Of a stretch of 64,000 bases of DNA, positions 1 through 9,043 are shown piece by piece (position 1 is the stretch's first letter; every line of letters starts with the position of its first letter). Source of the DNA: Alphaproteobacteria bacterium (GTDB lineage: Bacteria > Pseudomonadota > Alphaproteobacteria > MPNO01); the NCBI GenBank assembly GCA_965248835.1, contig CBDFLJ010000002.1:2542848-2606847 (forward strand). Reading direction: 5' to 3'. A program made the translations under genes and the position numbers. The notes below the pieces were generated by a model. That model ran no database searches, had not been told where the DNA came from, and saw only the letters and a program-made list of their open reading frames with translations.

Positions 1-1635
1 TGGATTCGGATGTCTACGTCACCATGCGCGACGGCGTGCGGATCGCCGTCAGGATTTACCGGCCCGATGCACCGGGCGCATTCCCGGCTCTGTTCGCCGC
101 CTCGCCCTACATGTATGCGACCGACGACCTTCCGCATTCGACCCAGTTCCTGTGGCGCGAGGTCGGGCCGGTGTCCTGGTATGTCCAGACCCACGGCTAC
201 GCCTATGTCCATGCAGACGTGCGCGGCTCCGGGAAGTCGGAGGGCGTCTACAACTTCCTCGATAAGGAAGAGCAGCAGGACTACTACGAGATCATCGAGT
301 GGATCGGCCGCCAGGACTGGTGCGACGGCAATGTCGGTGGAATTGGGCAGTCCTACTACGCCTGGTCCCAGTGGTTCATGGCGATCGTCGGCCCGCCCAG
401 CCTGAAATGCATCGCGCCTTACGACGGCGCCGTCGATATCTACCGCGGCACCGCCTATCACGGCGGGATCTACTGCGATTTCATGACCTGATGGTTCAAC
501 ATCGTGCGCGTCAACAACCTGCACCGCGCGGCCAACGGACCGGACGGCAAGGCGATGCCGCTGGACATCGGTTGGGAGGTCCAGCGCCGCCAGACCGATG
601 ACGACTGGTGGCGGGAACGCTCGGCCTACCGGCGGCTCGGCGAGATCAAGATCCCGGTCCTGTCGATCGGCCACTGGGGCAAGATGGGCCTGCATTTGCG
701 CGGCAACATCCTGGGCTACGAGGAGGTGAGGTCGCCCAAGCGGCTGGTGGTGACCGGCGCGCGCGATGTCTTCGAAGCCCATGACTATTTCGACCAGGTC
801 GCCTACCACGAAGCCGAGCTGCTGCCGTTCTACGACCGCTATCTCAAGAGCAAGCGCAACGGCTATGAGCGCCAGGCTCCGGTCAAGCTCTATGTCCGCG
901 GCGCCGAAGCCTACCGCGAGGAGCGCGAGTGGCCGCTCAAGCGCGCCAGGATGACGCCGTTCTACCTGGCGCCCGGCACCAGCGGCAGCGTGACCTCGCT
1001 CAACGACGGCACGCTTTCGACGAAAAAGTCGCCGGCCAATGGCGGGGCAACCTCCTATAGCTATCCAGACCACAACTGGAAGCTGGGCGTGGCGGCGATC
1101 GGTCCGCACGGTCCCGATCCGGTGCGCGGGGTACTGAGCTTCACCACCGCGCCGATGCGCGCGGACCTCGAGGTCACGGGGCCGGTCATCCTCGAGCTCT
1201 ACGCCGAGTCGACGGCGACCGACACCGACTTCGTGGTCCGGATCGCCGACCAGTTCCCGCAGTCGCCGGAGGACCGAAAGGCCGGGCTGCAGCCGACGGC
1301 GGTCAACGTCTCCAAGGGCTGGCTGCGCGCCTCGCACCGCGACAAGGATACCGCGCGCAGCACCGCGCATCGGCCGATCTACACACACCGACCCGCAACC
1401 GATCACCCCGGGCGAGATCTATCGCTACGAGATCGAGGTGATGCCGTTCTCCAACGTCTTCAAGAAAGGCCACCGGATCCGGCTGGAGATCGTCAACGGC
1501 GATTCGATGCTGACCGACGCGTTCTTCACCCACCAGTATCTCTGGTACAAGGTCGGCACCGACACCTTCCACCACAGCGCCGGGCATGCCTCCCGTCTGT
1601 TGCTCCCGGTGGTCCCGGCCAAGGCCGGCAGATAG
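1..1635 (+). pseudogene. CocE/NonD family hydrolase, 5'-partial, disrupted by an in-frame TGA (489-491) and a frameshift at about 1381-1389
   Basis: N-terminal 'VTMRDGVRIAVRIYRP', 'DVRGSGKSEG' and nucleophile motif 'GQSYY'. ORFs 24-491 and 504 onward share a frame across ACC-TGA-TGG. The C-terminal 'EIEVMPFSNVFKKGHRIRLEI...SRLLLPVVP' is in another frame, which starts at an (AC)4 run. Could be sequencing error. Confidence 0.8.
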
Positions 1636-1757
1636 ACCTGCTGCCATCGGATCGCGCCGGGGCGGCCCCGTCTCAGATCCCCGGCCGGAACGGGATGCCG
1701 AGCGAGACCGGGCGGCGAAAACCTAATCGGGCCCCTCTGGGGCGGCAACAACGGGGG

Positions 1758-3614
1758 CTATGGAATCACCAGAACGTCGTCGTCGGGGTGTTCGGCATAG
1801 AGCCGTTCGACATCGCCGGCGCGGCGGGCGAGCACGGCGCGCTGGTTGACATAGCCCTTGTCGGTGATCTCCCCGGCATCGATCTGCGGCGGCTCGGCCA
1901 GGAGCAGCGCGCGGGTGATCCGAGTGCTGCTGCCCGGGTTCTCCCTGTTGTGGGCGGCAAGGCCCTTTGCGAGCCGCGCGCGGATCTCGGGATGGGTGAT
2001 GAACGCCTCGATCGGCGCGTCATCGGCGATATCCGGGCAGACGCTGCGGCAGCCGGCGGGGCTGGGGACGCCGAGAATGCCGAGGTCGTTGCGCTCATGG
2101 CCGGTGATCACCGCGTCCTGCAGGATCGGCGCGCCGGCGCTCAGCACCGCCAGCCGCAGCGTGCCGGCCGCCACCCAGGTCCCGCTGAGCAGCTTGAAGT
2201 TCTCCGCCACCCTTCCGTCGAACAGCACCCCTTTGGACGCATCCTCCGGGTCGAGGAATTTTCCGGCATCACCGATCGCGAAATAGCCCTCCTCATCGAA
2301 GGCCTCCGCGGTCTGTTCGGGGTTTCGGTAATAGCCGGGGCTGATGTGCGGGCCCTTGAAGCGGACCTCGAGCTTGTCGTCGTTGGGGACCAGCTTCATC
2401 GCGGTGCCGGGCAGCGGCACGCCGATATTGCCCCACGCGTCGGAGTCCCAGGTCATGTAGGTCGAGGCTGGCGCGGTCTCGGTCGAGCCCAGCGAGGTGA
2501 CGATCGGCACCCGGTCGCCGCGCGCGGCCACCGAGAGCGCCTGGAGGCCCCGACGCAGGGACTGCGGCAGGGCGGCGCCGGCGAAAAACAGAACGTCGAG
2601 GTCGGCGAACAGCTTGTCGCGCAGCGCGGGCTCGGCCTCCAGCGCCGGGACCAGCAGGTCGTAACCCCGCGGGACGTTCAGATAGAGCGTCGGTCTGATC
2701 TCGCGCAGGTTCGTGAGCGTCTCCTCGAACCGGCCCGGCACGGGTCGGCCGCCATCGAGATAGTAGGTCCCGCCGTGGAACAGGATCATGTTGAAGTTGA
2801 AGTTGCCGGCAAACGTGTGGTTCCACGGTAGCCAGTCGACGATCACCGGCGGCCGGCGCAGCAGGAACGGGTAGGCGAAGATGGTCATCATCTGGTTGGA
2901 GACCATCATGCGTTGAGTGTTGATCACCCCCTTGGGCACCCCGGTCGAGCCGGAGGTCAGCAGGATCTTTGCCACCGTGTCGGGGCCGACGCCGTCCAGC
3001 CGTTCGGCGAGCGCCGGGCCGGGCTCGGTGGCGGCCCAGGCGGCCAGACTCTCGGTCCCGTCCGCCCCCGTAGAGGTCAGCAGCGTCCGGCCGCCCAGGT
3101 CGAGGGCAGCCAACGCGGCGGCGAACGGGCCCGGGTCGTCGACGAAGATCACCGACGGGTCGTTGTGGGCGATGACGTATTTGAGCTTGGCGTGGTCCTT
3201 CGACATCAACGAATAGGCGGACGAGACCGGCATGACCGGGATCCCGGCCTGCATGGCGCCCAACTGCAGGAGCCCGAAACCGATGCTGTTGTCCGACAGG
3301 ATGGCCACGGGCCGGTCCGGGCCGTGGCCGCGTTCGACCAGCGCCTGACCGATCCCCGCGCTCCGGCGGGAGGCCGCGGCGTAGCTCAGCCGGCGCCACC
3401 GCCGCTCGGCGCCGCGTTGGGCAAGAAAAGTCCGCTCCGGCACCTTGCCCGCCCATTCGTGGAGCTTGGCGATGACATGATCCGGCCCCGGCTCCACCGG
3501 CACCGGCGATCTCAGCACCCAGGTCCCGTCGTCGCGGGCCTCGACCTCGACGAACGGCGCGGCGAGCGGCGTGCCGGCAAACGGGGCCTTCAGGGCTGCC
3601 TCAGCGGTTGCCAT
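1758..3614 (-). CDS. fcs: Feruloyl-CoA synthetase-like acyl-CoA synthetase (AMP-binding family)
   Basis: 'KILLTSGSTGVPKGVINTQRM', 'DWLPWNHTFAGN', 'GSTETAP', 'DGRVAENFKLLSGTWV' and 'GEITDKGYVNQRAVL' are typical of the Fcs subfamily. Confidence 0.85.
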   Translation of the reverse strand: MATAEAALKAPFAGTPLAAPFVEVEARDDGTWVLRSPVPVEPGPDHVIAKLHEWAGKVPERTFLAQRGAERRWRRLSYAAASRRSAGIGQALVERGHGPDRPVAILSDNSIGFGLLQLGAMQAGIPVMPVSSAYSLMSKDHAKLKYVIAHNDPSVIFVDDPGPFAAALAALDLGGRTLLTSTGADGTESLAAWAATEPGPALAERLDGVGPDTVAKILLTSGSTGVPKGVINTQRMMVSNQMMTIFAYPFLLRRPPVIVDWLPWNHTFAGNFNFNMILFHGGTYYLDGGRPVPGRFEETLTNLREIRPTLYLNVPRGYDLLVPALEAEPALRDKLFADLDVLFFAGAALPQSLRRGLQALSVAARGDRVPIVTSLGSTETAPASTYMTWDSDAWGNIGVPLPGTAMKLVPNDDKLEVRFKGPHISPGYYRNPEQTAEAFDEEGYFAIGDAGKFLDPEDASKGVLFDGRVAENFKLLSGTWVAAGTLRLAVLSAGAPILQDAVITGHERNDLGILGVPSPAGCRSVCPDIADDAPIEAFITHPEIRARLAKGLAAHNRENPGSSTRITRALLLAEPPQIDAGEITDKGYVNQRAVLARRAGDVERLYAEHPDDDVLVIP

Positions 3615-3912
3615 CGCGCAACGCCTTCATGCGCCGGTCGATCTCTTCGTGGCTCACGAGGCCTTTCTCGGCCAGCAAGTTGGCGAGACCCTGGGTCCAC
3701 AGCTCGAAATAGCTCAGCGTGTTGTAAAAATCCTCCGGGATGTCCTCGCGGGCGCGGCGGAACTCGTCGATCCACAGGTGACGCCGCACGGTCGGGCCGA
3801 GCGCATTCACCAAGGCGCTGAGCTCCTTCTGCCAATCCGCGGGCTCGCGGGCGTTCGGATCGACCGGACCGAACTTGGCGCGCGATCCGCCGATATCGTT
3901 GGGCCTTCTCAC
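3601..3912 (-). CDS. Nitrile hydratase beta N-terminal-like / thiocyanate hydrolase subunit-like small protein
   Basis: 'PNDIGG...FGPV...DW...DEFRRARE...YNTLSYFELW...LLAEKGLVSHEEI' matches the NHase beta N-terminal pattern. GTG start; overlaps the fcs start by 14 bp. Confidence 0.7.
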   Translation of the reverse strand: MRRPNDIGGSRAKFGPVDPNAREPADWQKELSALVNALGPTVRRHLWIDEFRRAREDIPEDFYNTLSYFELWTQGLANLLAEKGLVSHEEIDRRMKALRDGNR

Positions 3913-4025
3913 CGCCTGGCTCCGAACCCGGTTGCGCGGAGGCGCCAGTTTTCCACAACGCCGGCACTCACCGCAATGGCCGCCCGATGCTAGGGTCGCT
4001 CGACCAGCAAGAGGAGCGAGGCGGC

Positions 4026-5204
4026 ATGAAGCTCAGCACCGACCGGATCCTGACCACCCATGTCGGCAGCCTGCCGAGGCCTGCCGCCCTGTTGGACCTG
4101 TTGCAGGCCGAGGAGGAAGGCCGCCCGCACGATGCCGACGCGCTGCAGGCGCTGGCGCGCTCCGCGGTCGCCGAGACCGTCGCCCGGCAGGTCGGTACCG
4201 GCATCGACATCGTCTGCGATGGCGAGATGAGCAAGATCGCCTATACCTTCTACGTCAAGCACCGGCTGGACGGGATCGGGCCGGGCGGGCCGGACGCGGA
4301 GGCCGATACCGGCGCGATGGCCGGCCGCGACATGCAGGACCACTCGGATTTCCTTGCCCGGACGACCGCCTGGCAGGGCCAGTGGATCCGCGCGTTCGTG
4401 CGCCCTTACTGCATCGGCCCGCTGGCCTATGCCGACCGCGGCCCGCTCGAGCGCGATCTCGCCAACCTCGGCGCGGCGGTCGAGGCGGCCAAGCCTGCCG
4501 AGGCATTCATGAACGCCGCCTCTCCCGGGGTGCTGACCAAGTTCGTGCCCGACGCGCATTACCGCGACGAGGACGCCTATGTCGCGGCCCTGGCCGATGC
4601 GATGAAGACCGAGTACGAGGCGATCACCGACGCCGGATATATTCTGCAGATCGACTGCCCCGACCTGGGCTCGGCCCGACACAACCAGTATCAGCACCTG
4701 GACGATGCGGCCTTCCTCAGGATCGCCGAGCGCAACGTCGAGGCGGTCAACCATGCCACCGCCGGCATCCCGCCCGAGCGCATGCGCCTGCATATCTGCT
4801 GGGGCAACTACGAAGGCCCCCACACCCACGACGTGGCGCTGGCCAAGGTGCTGCCGGTGTGCATGAAGGCGCGCCCGCAGGGCTTCCTTTTCGAAGGCGC
4901 CAACCCCCGCCACGAGCACGAATGGGAGGACCTCGCCAAGGGTACGATCCCCGACGACAAGGTGCTGATCCCCGGGGTGATCGATTCGACCTCGAACTTC
5001 GTCGAGCATCCGCGCCTGGTCGCCCAGCGGCTGTGCCGCTACGCCGACATCGTCGGGCGCGAACGGGTGATCGCCGGCACCGATTGCGGCTTCGGCACCT
5101 TCGCCGCCCGCGAGCCCCAGGTCGCCGCCTCGGTCGTGTGGTCCAAGCTCGCGGCCATGGCCGAAGGCGCGCGCATCGCCACCGAGCGCCTGTGGGCGCA
5201 TTAG
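4026..5204 (+). CDS. Cobalamin-independent methionine synthase II family protein (MetE C-terminal-like, Zn thiol-alkyltransferase)
   Basis: 'ILTTHVGSLPRP', 'DGEMSK', Zn ligands 'HICWGN' and 'DCGFGTF', 'NPRHEHEW'. RBS GGAG/GAGG upstream. Confidence 0.88.
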   Translation: MKLSTDRILTTHVGSLPRPAALLDLLQAEEEGRPHDADALQALARSAVAETVARQVGTGIDIVCDGEMSKIAYTFYVKHRLDGIGPGGPDAEADTGAMAGRDMQDHSDFLARTTAWQGQWIRAFVRPYCIGPLAYADRGPLERDLANLGAAVEAAKPAEAFMNAASPGVLTKFVPDAHYRDEDAYVAALADAMKTEYEAITDAGYILQIDCPDLGSARHNQYQHLDDAAFLRIAERNVEAVNHATAGIPPERMRLHICWGNYEGPHTHDVALAKVLPVCMKARPQGFLFEGANPRHEHEWEDLAKGTIPDDKVLIPGVIDSTSNFVEHPRLVAQRLCRYADIVGRERVIAGTDCGFGTFAAREPQVAASVVWSKLAAMAEGARIATERLWAH

Positions 5205-5213
5205 GACCCGGGC

Positions 5214-5834
5214 TCAGCCGGAGACGATCATCTCCTCGACATCGCGCAGGCGGTCCTTGCCGAAGAACATCTCGGTGCCGACGAAGAAGACCGGGCTGCC
5301 GAAGGCGCCGGCATCGACCGAGGCCTGGGTGTTGGCAAGCAGCCGGTCCTTGACCTCCTGGTCTTCGATCCGCGCGAGGACCGCGGCGCCGTCGAGGCCC
5401 GAAGAATCGAGCGCCGCACGGATCACCTCGGGTTCGTCGAGCTTCTTGGGCTCCTCCCACATGTGGTGAAACACCGCCTCGACATAGGGGCCGAGCGTGC
5501 CGTCGATCTCGGCCGCCGCCGCGCCGCGCATGATCCGCAGCGTGTTGACCGGGAAATGCGGGTTCCTGCGAAACGCGGTGATGCCGTGGCGGGCGATGAA
5601 GCGTTCGCTCTCCAGCCGCTCATAGTCCGGCTTGTTGCGCACCCCCTCATGCTGGGCCATCGGCGGCCGGTTATTGGTCAACTTGAAGACACCGCCTAAA
5701 AGCACGGGAACATATTGAAACTTTACGCCTGTTCGGGACTCGATCGCGGCGATCACCTTGTGGCTCAGATAGGCGTTCGGGCTGCCGAAGTCGAAGTGAA
5801 ACGTGACCGCAGGGGGTATGTTCGGGACTACCAT
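5214..5834 (-). CDS. 2-hydroxychromene-2-carboxylate isomerase family (DsbA/GST-kappa fold)
   Basis: 'FHFDFGSPNAYL', 'PVLLGGVFK', 'GAFGSPVFFVG.EMFFGKDRL'. Start overlaps the SDR stop. Confidence 0.88.
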   Translation of the reverse strand: MVVPNIPPAVTFHFDFGSPNAYLSHKVIAAIESRTGVKFQYVPVLLGGVFKLTNNRPPMAQHEGVRNKPDYERLESERFIARHGITAFRRNPHFPVNTLRIMRGAAAAEIDGTLGPYVEAVFHHMWEEPKKLDEPEVIRAALDSSGLDGAAVLARIEDQEVKDRLLANTQASVDAGAFGSPVFFVGTEMFFGKDRLRDVEEMIVSG

Positions 5835-6556
5835 TTCTCGATCCAGGGGCGCAGGTCCATCTCGAAGGCCCAGGCATCGCGCGGCTGGACATGGAGCTGC
5901 CAGTAGGACTCGGCGATGTGGTCGGGATCGATGATCCCGTCCTGTTCCTTCAGGGCGTAGCGGTCGGGAAAATTGTCGCGGATGAAGGCGGTGTCGATCG
6001 CCCCGTCGATGACCACATGGGCGACGTGGATGTTGCTGGGCGCAAGCTCGCGCGCCATCGACTGGGCGAGCGCGCGCAACGCCCCCTTGGCGCCGGCGAA
6101 GGCCGCGAACCGGGCCGCCCCGCGCACGCTGGCGGTGGCGCCGGTGAAGATGATCGTGCCGCGGCCGCGCGGTTCCATCCGCCGCGCCGCCTCGCGCCCG
6201 CACAGAAAGCCTGCGAAACAAGCCAGCTCCCACATCTTGAAGTAACGCCGCGCGGTCTCCTCCAGGATTCCGGACGGCGAGTTGGCCCCGATGTTGAAGA
6301 CCAACACCTCGATCGGGCCGATCTCCGCCTCGATGCGCTCGAACATGGCCACGACCTGGTCTTCCTGGCGGGCATCGCATCCGAAGGGATGAACAATGCC
6401 GCCATCCTCGGCGATGGCGCGGACCAGCGGCTCGAGCCGATCAGCCTTGCGCCGGGCGACACAGGTCGCATAGCCGCCGCGCGCGAACCGCCGCGCGACA
6501 GCGCCGCCGGTCGCATCGCCGGCCCCGACCACCAGGGCAACCGGATCAGACGGCAT
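5828..6556 (-). CDS. SDR family oxidoreductase
   Basis: 'VVGAGDATGGAVARRFA', 'IFTGATASVRG', 'HVAHVVIDGAIDT', 'DLRPWIEKW'. Confidence 0.9.
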   Translation of the reverse strand: MPSDPVALVVGAGDATGGAVARRFARGGYATCVARRKADRLEPLVRAIAEDGGIVHPFGCDARQEDQVVAMFERIEAEIGPIEVLVFNIGANSPSGILEETARRYFKMWELACFAGFLCGREAARRMEPRGRGTIIFTGATASVRGAARFAAFAGAKGALRALAQSMARELAPSNIHVAHVVIDGAIDTAFIRDNFPDRYALKEQDGIIDPDHIAESYWQLHVQPRDAWAFEMDLRPWIEKW

Positions 6557-6657
6557 GCTCTGTTCACCTCATGCAGGTAACGTGGGCAGAGTTTGCGCCG
6601 GATCGCCCTTCGGAGCTAGTGTTCGGCGCCAGGAATCGGTCGACGGGAGCGCGAAGC

Positions 6658-7305
6658 ATGACGAAGAGTGGCGTGACACTGTGGGGCATCGGCACGCCAC
6701 GCACCCACCGCCCGCAATGGCTCGCCCGCGAGCTCGGCATCGATTACGACCTTGCGCGCATCGGACCGCGGACCGGCGAGACCAAGACGCCGGAATATCT
6801 CGCCATCAACCCACGCCACAAGGTGCCGGCGATGACCCACGGCGAGGTGATCCTGACCGAGAGCGTCACGATCATGAGCTACCTGAGCGAAGTCTTCCCG
6901 GTGCCGGATCACTTCTTCGTACCGGCGACGACGATCGAGCGCGCCAAGGTCCAGGAATGGTGCTTCTTCCTGATGTCGGAGATCGACGCCAATTCGATCT
7001 ACACGATCCGTCGGCACAAATACCTCAAGGATGTCTACGGCGACGCGCCGCTCGCCGTCGCCGCGGCCGGCGAATACTTCGTCCATCAGATCGAGACGAT
7101 GGAGGAGCGTTTTCGGGCCGCCGGCGATTTCCTGATGGGCGAGAAGATCAGCATCGCGGACATTCTGTTCGTCACCTGCCTCGACAGCGCGATCAACTAC
7201 AAGCTGCCGGTGCCCGATTACCTGATGGCCTATTACGACCAGCTCGCCGCGCGGCCGGCCTATGTCGAGACCAAGGCGGAGAACCGCGATGACCGGCCCG
7301 CTTGA
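6658..7305 (+). CDS. Glutathione S-transferase family protein
   Basis: 'EYLAINPRHKVPAM', 'LTESVTIMSYL', 'FLMGEKISIADI'. Confidence 0.88.
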   Translation: MTKSGVTLWGIGTPRTHRPQWLARELGIDYDLARIGPRTGETKTPEYLAINPRHKVPAMTHGEVILTESVTIMSYLSEVFPVPDHFFVPATTIERAKVQEWCFFLMSEIDANSIYTIRRHKYLKDVYGDAPLAVAAAGEYFVHQIETMEERFRAAGDFLMGEKISIADILFVTCLDSAINYKLPVPDYLMAYYDQLAARPAYVETKAENRDDRPA

Positions 7306-8488
7306 GGGGATCCGCGTGCTCGACCTGACGACCATGGTCTCCGGGCCGGTGGCAACGATGATGCTGGCCGACCAGGGCGCCGACGTCATCAAGATCGAAT
7401 CGCCTTCCGGCGACATCATGCGGCGGACCGGCCATAAGCACCGCGGCATGTCGGCCTCGTTCCTGTCGTGCAACCGCTCCAAACGATCGCTCGCGGTCGA
7501 CCTCAAGACCGGGGACGGGCTCGAGCTCGTCCGGAAACTCGCCGCGACCGCCGACGTCCTGGTGCAGAACTTCCGGCCCGGCGCCATCGAGCGCATGGGC
7601 CTGGGCGAGGATGTGGTCCGCGCGCTCCGGCCCGACATCGTCTTCGTCTCGATCAGCGGGTTCGGCGAGACCGGGCCCTATGCGCACCAGCGGGTCTATG
7701 ACGGCGTCATCCAGGCGCTTTGCGGCCTCAACGACATCCAGGCCGACCGCGACACCGGCCGGCCCCGCATGGTGCGGACGATCATCCCCGACAAGACCAC
7801 CTCGGTCACCGCCGCCCAGGCGATCACCGCGGCCCTGTTCGCGCGCGAGCGCACCGGCAAGGGCCAGCACGTCCGGCTCTCGATGCTGGATACCATGGTG
7901 GCTTTTCTGTGGCCCGAGGGAAGCTCCTCGCTGTCGTTCGTCGGCAACGAGGCCGACCCTGCCAGCGGCCAATCCGCGCCCGACCTGGTGTTTGCGACCG
8001 CCGACGGATACATCACCGCAGGCGCGGTCTCGGACGCCGAATGGGCCGGCATGTGCAGGGCCTTCGGCCGCGAGGACCTGATCGAGGACGAGCGCTTTCG
8101 TACCGCTTCCGCGCGGGTCCAGCACGTCCCGGAGCGCCGCACGATCATGACCGAAGAGATCGCCAAGTGGCCAAGCGCGGAGATCCTCGCCCGGCTCGAC
8201 GCCCAGTGCGTGCCTGCGGCACCGGTGCTCTCGCGCACCGAGGTGATCGAGGACCCCCAAGTCGTCGAGAGCCGGACGATCGAGATCCACGACGACCCGG
8301 TCCTCGGTGCGGTCCGCCAGCCCCGCCCGGCCGCCCGCTTCGAGGCGACTCCTTCTGCCATTCGGGCGATGGCGCCCTATCTCGGCGCCGACAACGAAGC
8401 CATCCTGGCCGAGCTCGGATATGGCACCGAGGAGATCGAACGGCTGCACCAGACCGGGACCCTCCGTAGCGAGCGCCCGGCCGCCTGA
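7289..8488 (+). CDS. CoA transferase, family III (CaiB/BaiF)
   Basis: 'GPLEGIRVLDLT', 'GADVIKIESP.GD', 'NRSKRSLAVDLK', 'QNFRPG', 'SISGFGETGPY'. Confidence 0.92.
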   Translation: MTGPLEGIRVLDLTTMVSGPVATMMLADQGADVIKIESPSGDIMRRTGHKHRGMSASFLSCNRSKRSLAVDLKTGDGLELVRKLAATADVLVQNFRPGAIERMGLGEDVVRALRPDIVFVSISGFGETGPYAHQRVYDGVIQALCGLNDIQADRDTGRPRMVRTIIPDKTTSVTAAQAITAALFARERTGKGQHVRLSMLDTMVAFLWPEGSSSLSFVGNEADPASGQSAPDLVFATADGYITAGAVSDAEWAGMCRAFGREDLIEDERFRTASARVQHVPERRTIMTEEIAKWPSAEILARLDAQCVPAAPVLSRTEVIEDPQVVESRTIEIHDDPVLGAVRQPRPAARFEATPSAIRAMAPYLGADNEAILAELGYGTEEIERLHQTGTLRSERPAA

Positions 8489-8497
8489 GCAGGGCGG

Positions 8498-9043
8498 CTA
8501 TTTGTGGCGGCGGTGGCCCATACCGCCGTCGCCCATACCGCCGTGGCCGCGCGCGGCCACGGCGCGGACGACCACCGGCACGGTGACCGCGCCCGCCTTC
8601 TCGAAGGTGAGCGTCAGCGGGAACCGCTCCCCCTCCTTGAGCGGCGTGTGCAGGCCCATCAGCATCACATGCTCACCGCCGGGCCGGAGCATTGTCGCCG
8701 CCCCCGGTTGCACCGGCACGGCATCGATGCGGCGCATCCGCATCACGTTGTCCGTCGTCATGTGGGTGTGCAGTTCGGCCCGCCGGGCAACCGGCGCGGA
8801 GACGGCAACCAGGCGGTCCGCGCCCGTCCCGGTGTTCCGGATCGTCACGAACGCGGCGCCGGCCGTGGCCATGCCGGCGCTGGCCCGCGCCCATGCGGCC
8901 TCGACCGCGATCGGACCGGAAATGGCACGGCCGTGCATTTCCGCCGCCGCGGCCGGGACGATGTGCGCGGCCGGCCGGAGTATCAGCACGAACAGCGCGA
9001 ATGCCGCAGCCATCGACCGGAGCGGCAACGTCAGCGGGTTCAC
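8498..9043 (-). CDS. Periplasmic copper chaperone PCu(A)C
   Basis: Signal peptide; 'AWARAS', 'ELHTH...MRM...PGGEHVMLMGL' copper motif; His/Met-rich C-terminal tail. The GTG start overlaps the upstream TGA (GTGA). Confidence 0.88.
   Translation of the reverse strand: MNPLTLPLRSMAAAFALFVLILRPAAHIVPAAAAEMHGRAISGPIAVEAAWARASAGMATAGAAFVTIRNTGTGADRLVAVSAPVARRAELHTHMTTDNVMRMRRIDAVPVQPGAATMLRPGGEHVMLMGLHTPLKEGERFPLTLTFEKAGAVTVPVVVRAVAARGHGGMGDGGMGHRRHK

Noticed and set aside
489-491. Genome-wide TGA recoding (Trp, Gly or Sec)
   Set aside because: TGA terminates many intact genes here, with ATGA/GTGA overlaps, and only one internal TGA was seen, in a gene with a second lesion.
1665-1713. Imperfect hairpin between the convergent hydrolase and fcs genes
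   Set aside because: Short interrupted stems (GTCTC/GAGAC, ATCCC/GGGAT) with no U-tract are expected by chance at this GC content.
504-2831. 775-aa ORF as a fusion protein
   Set aside because: It is a chimera made by the frameshift at about 1385; the remainder is antisense to fcs.
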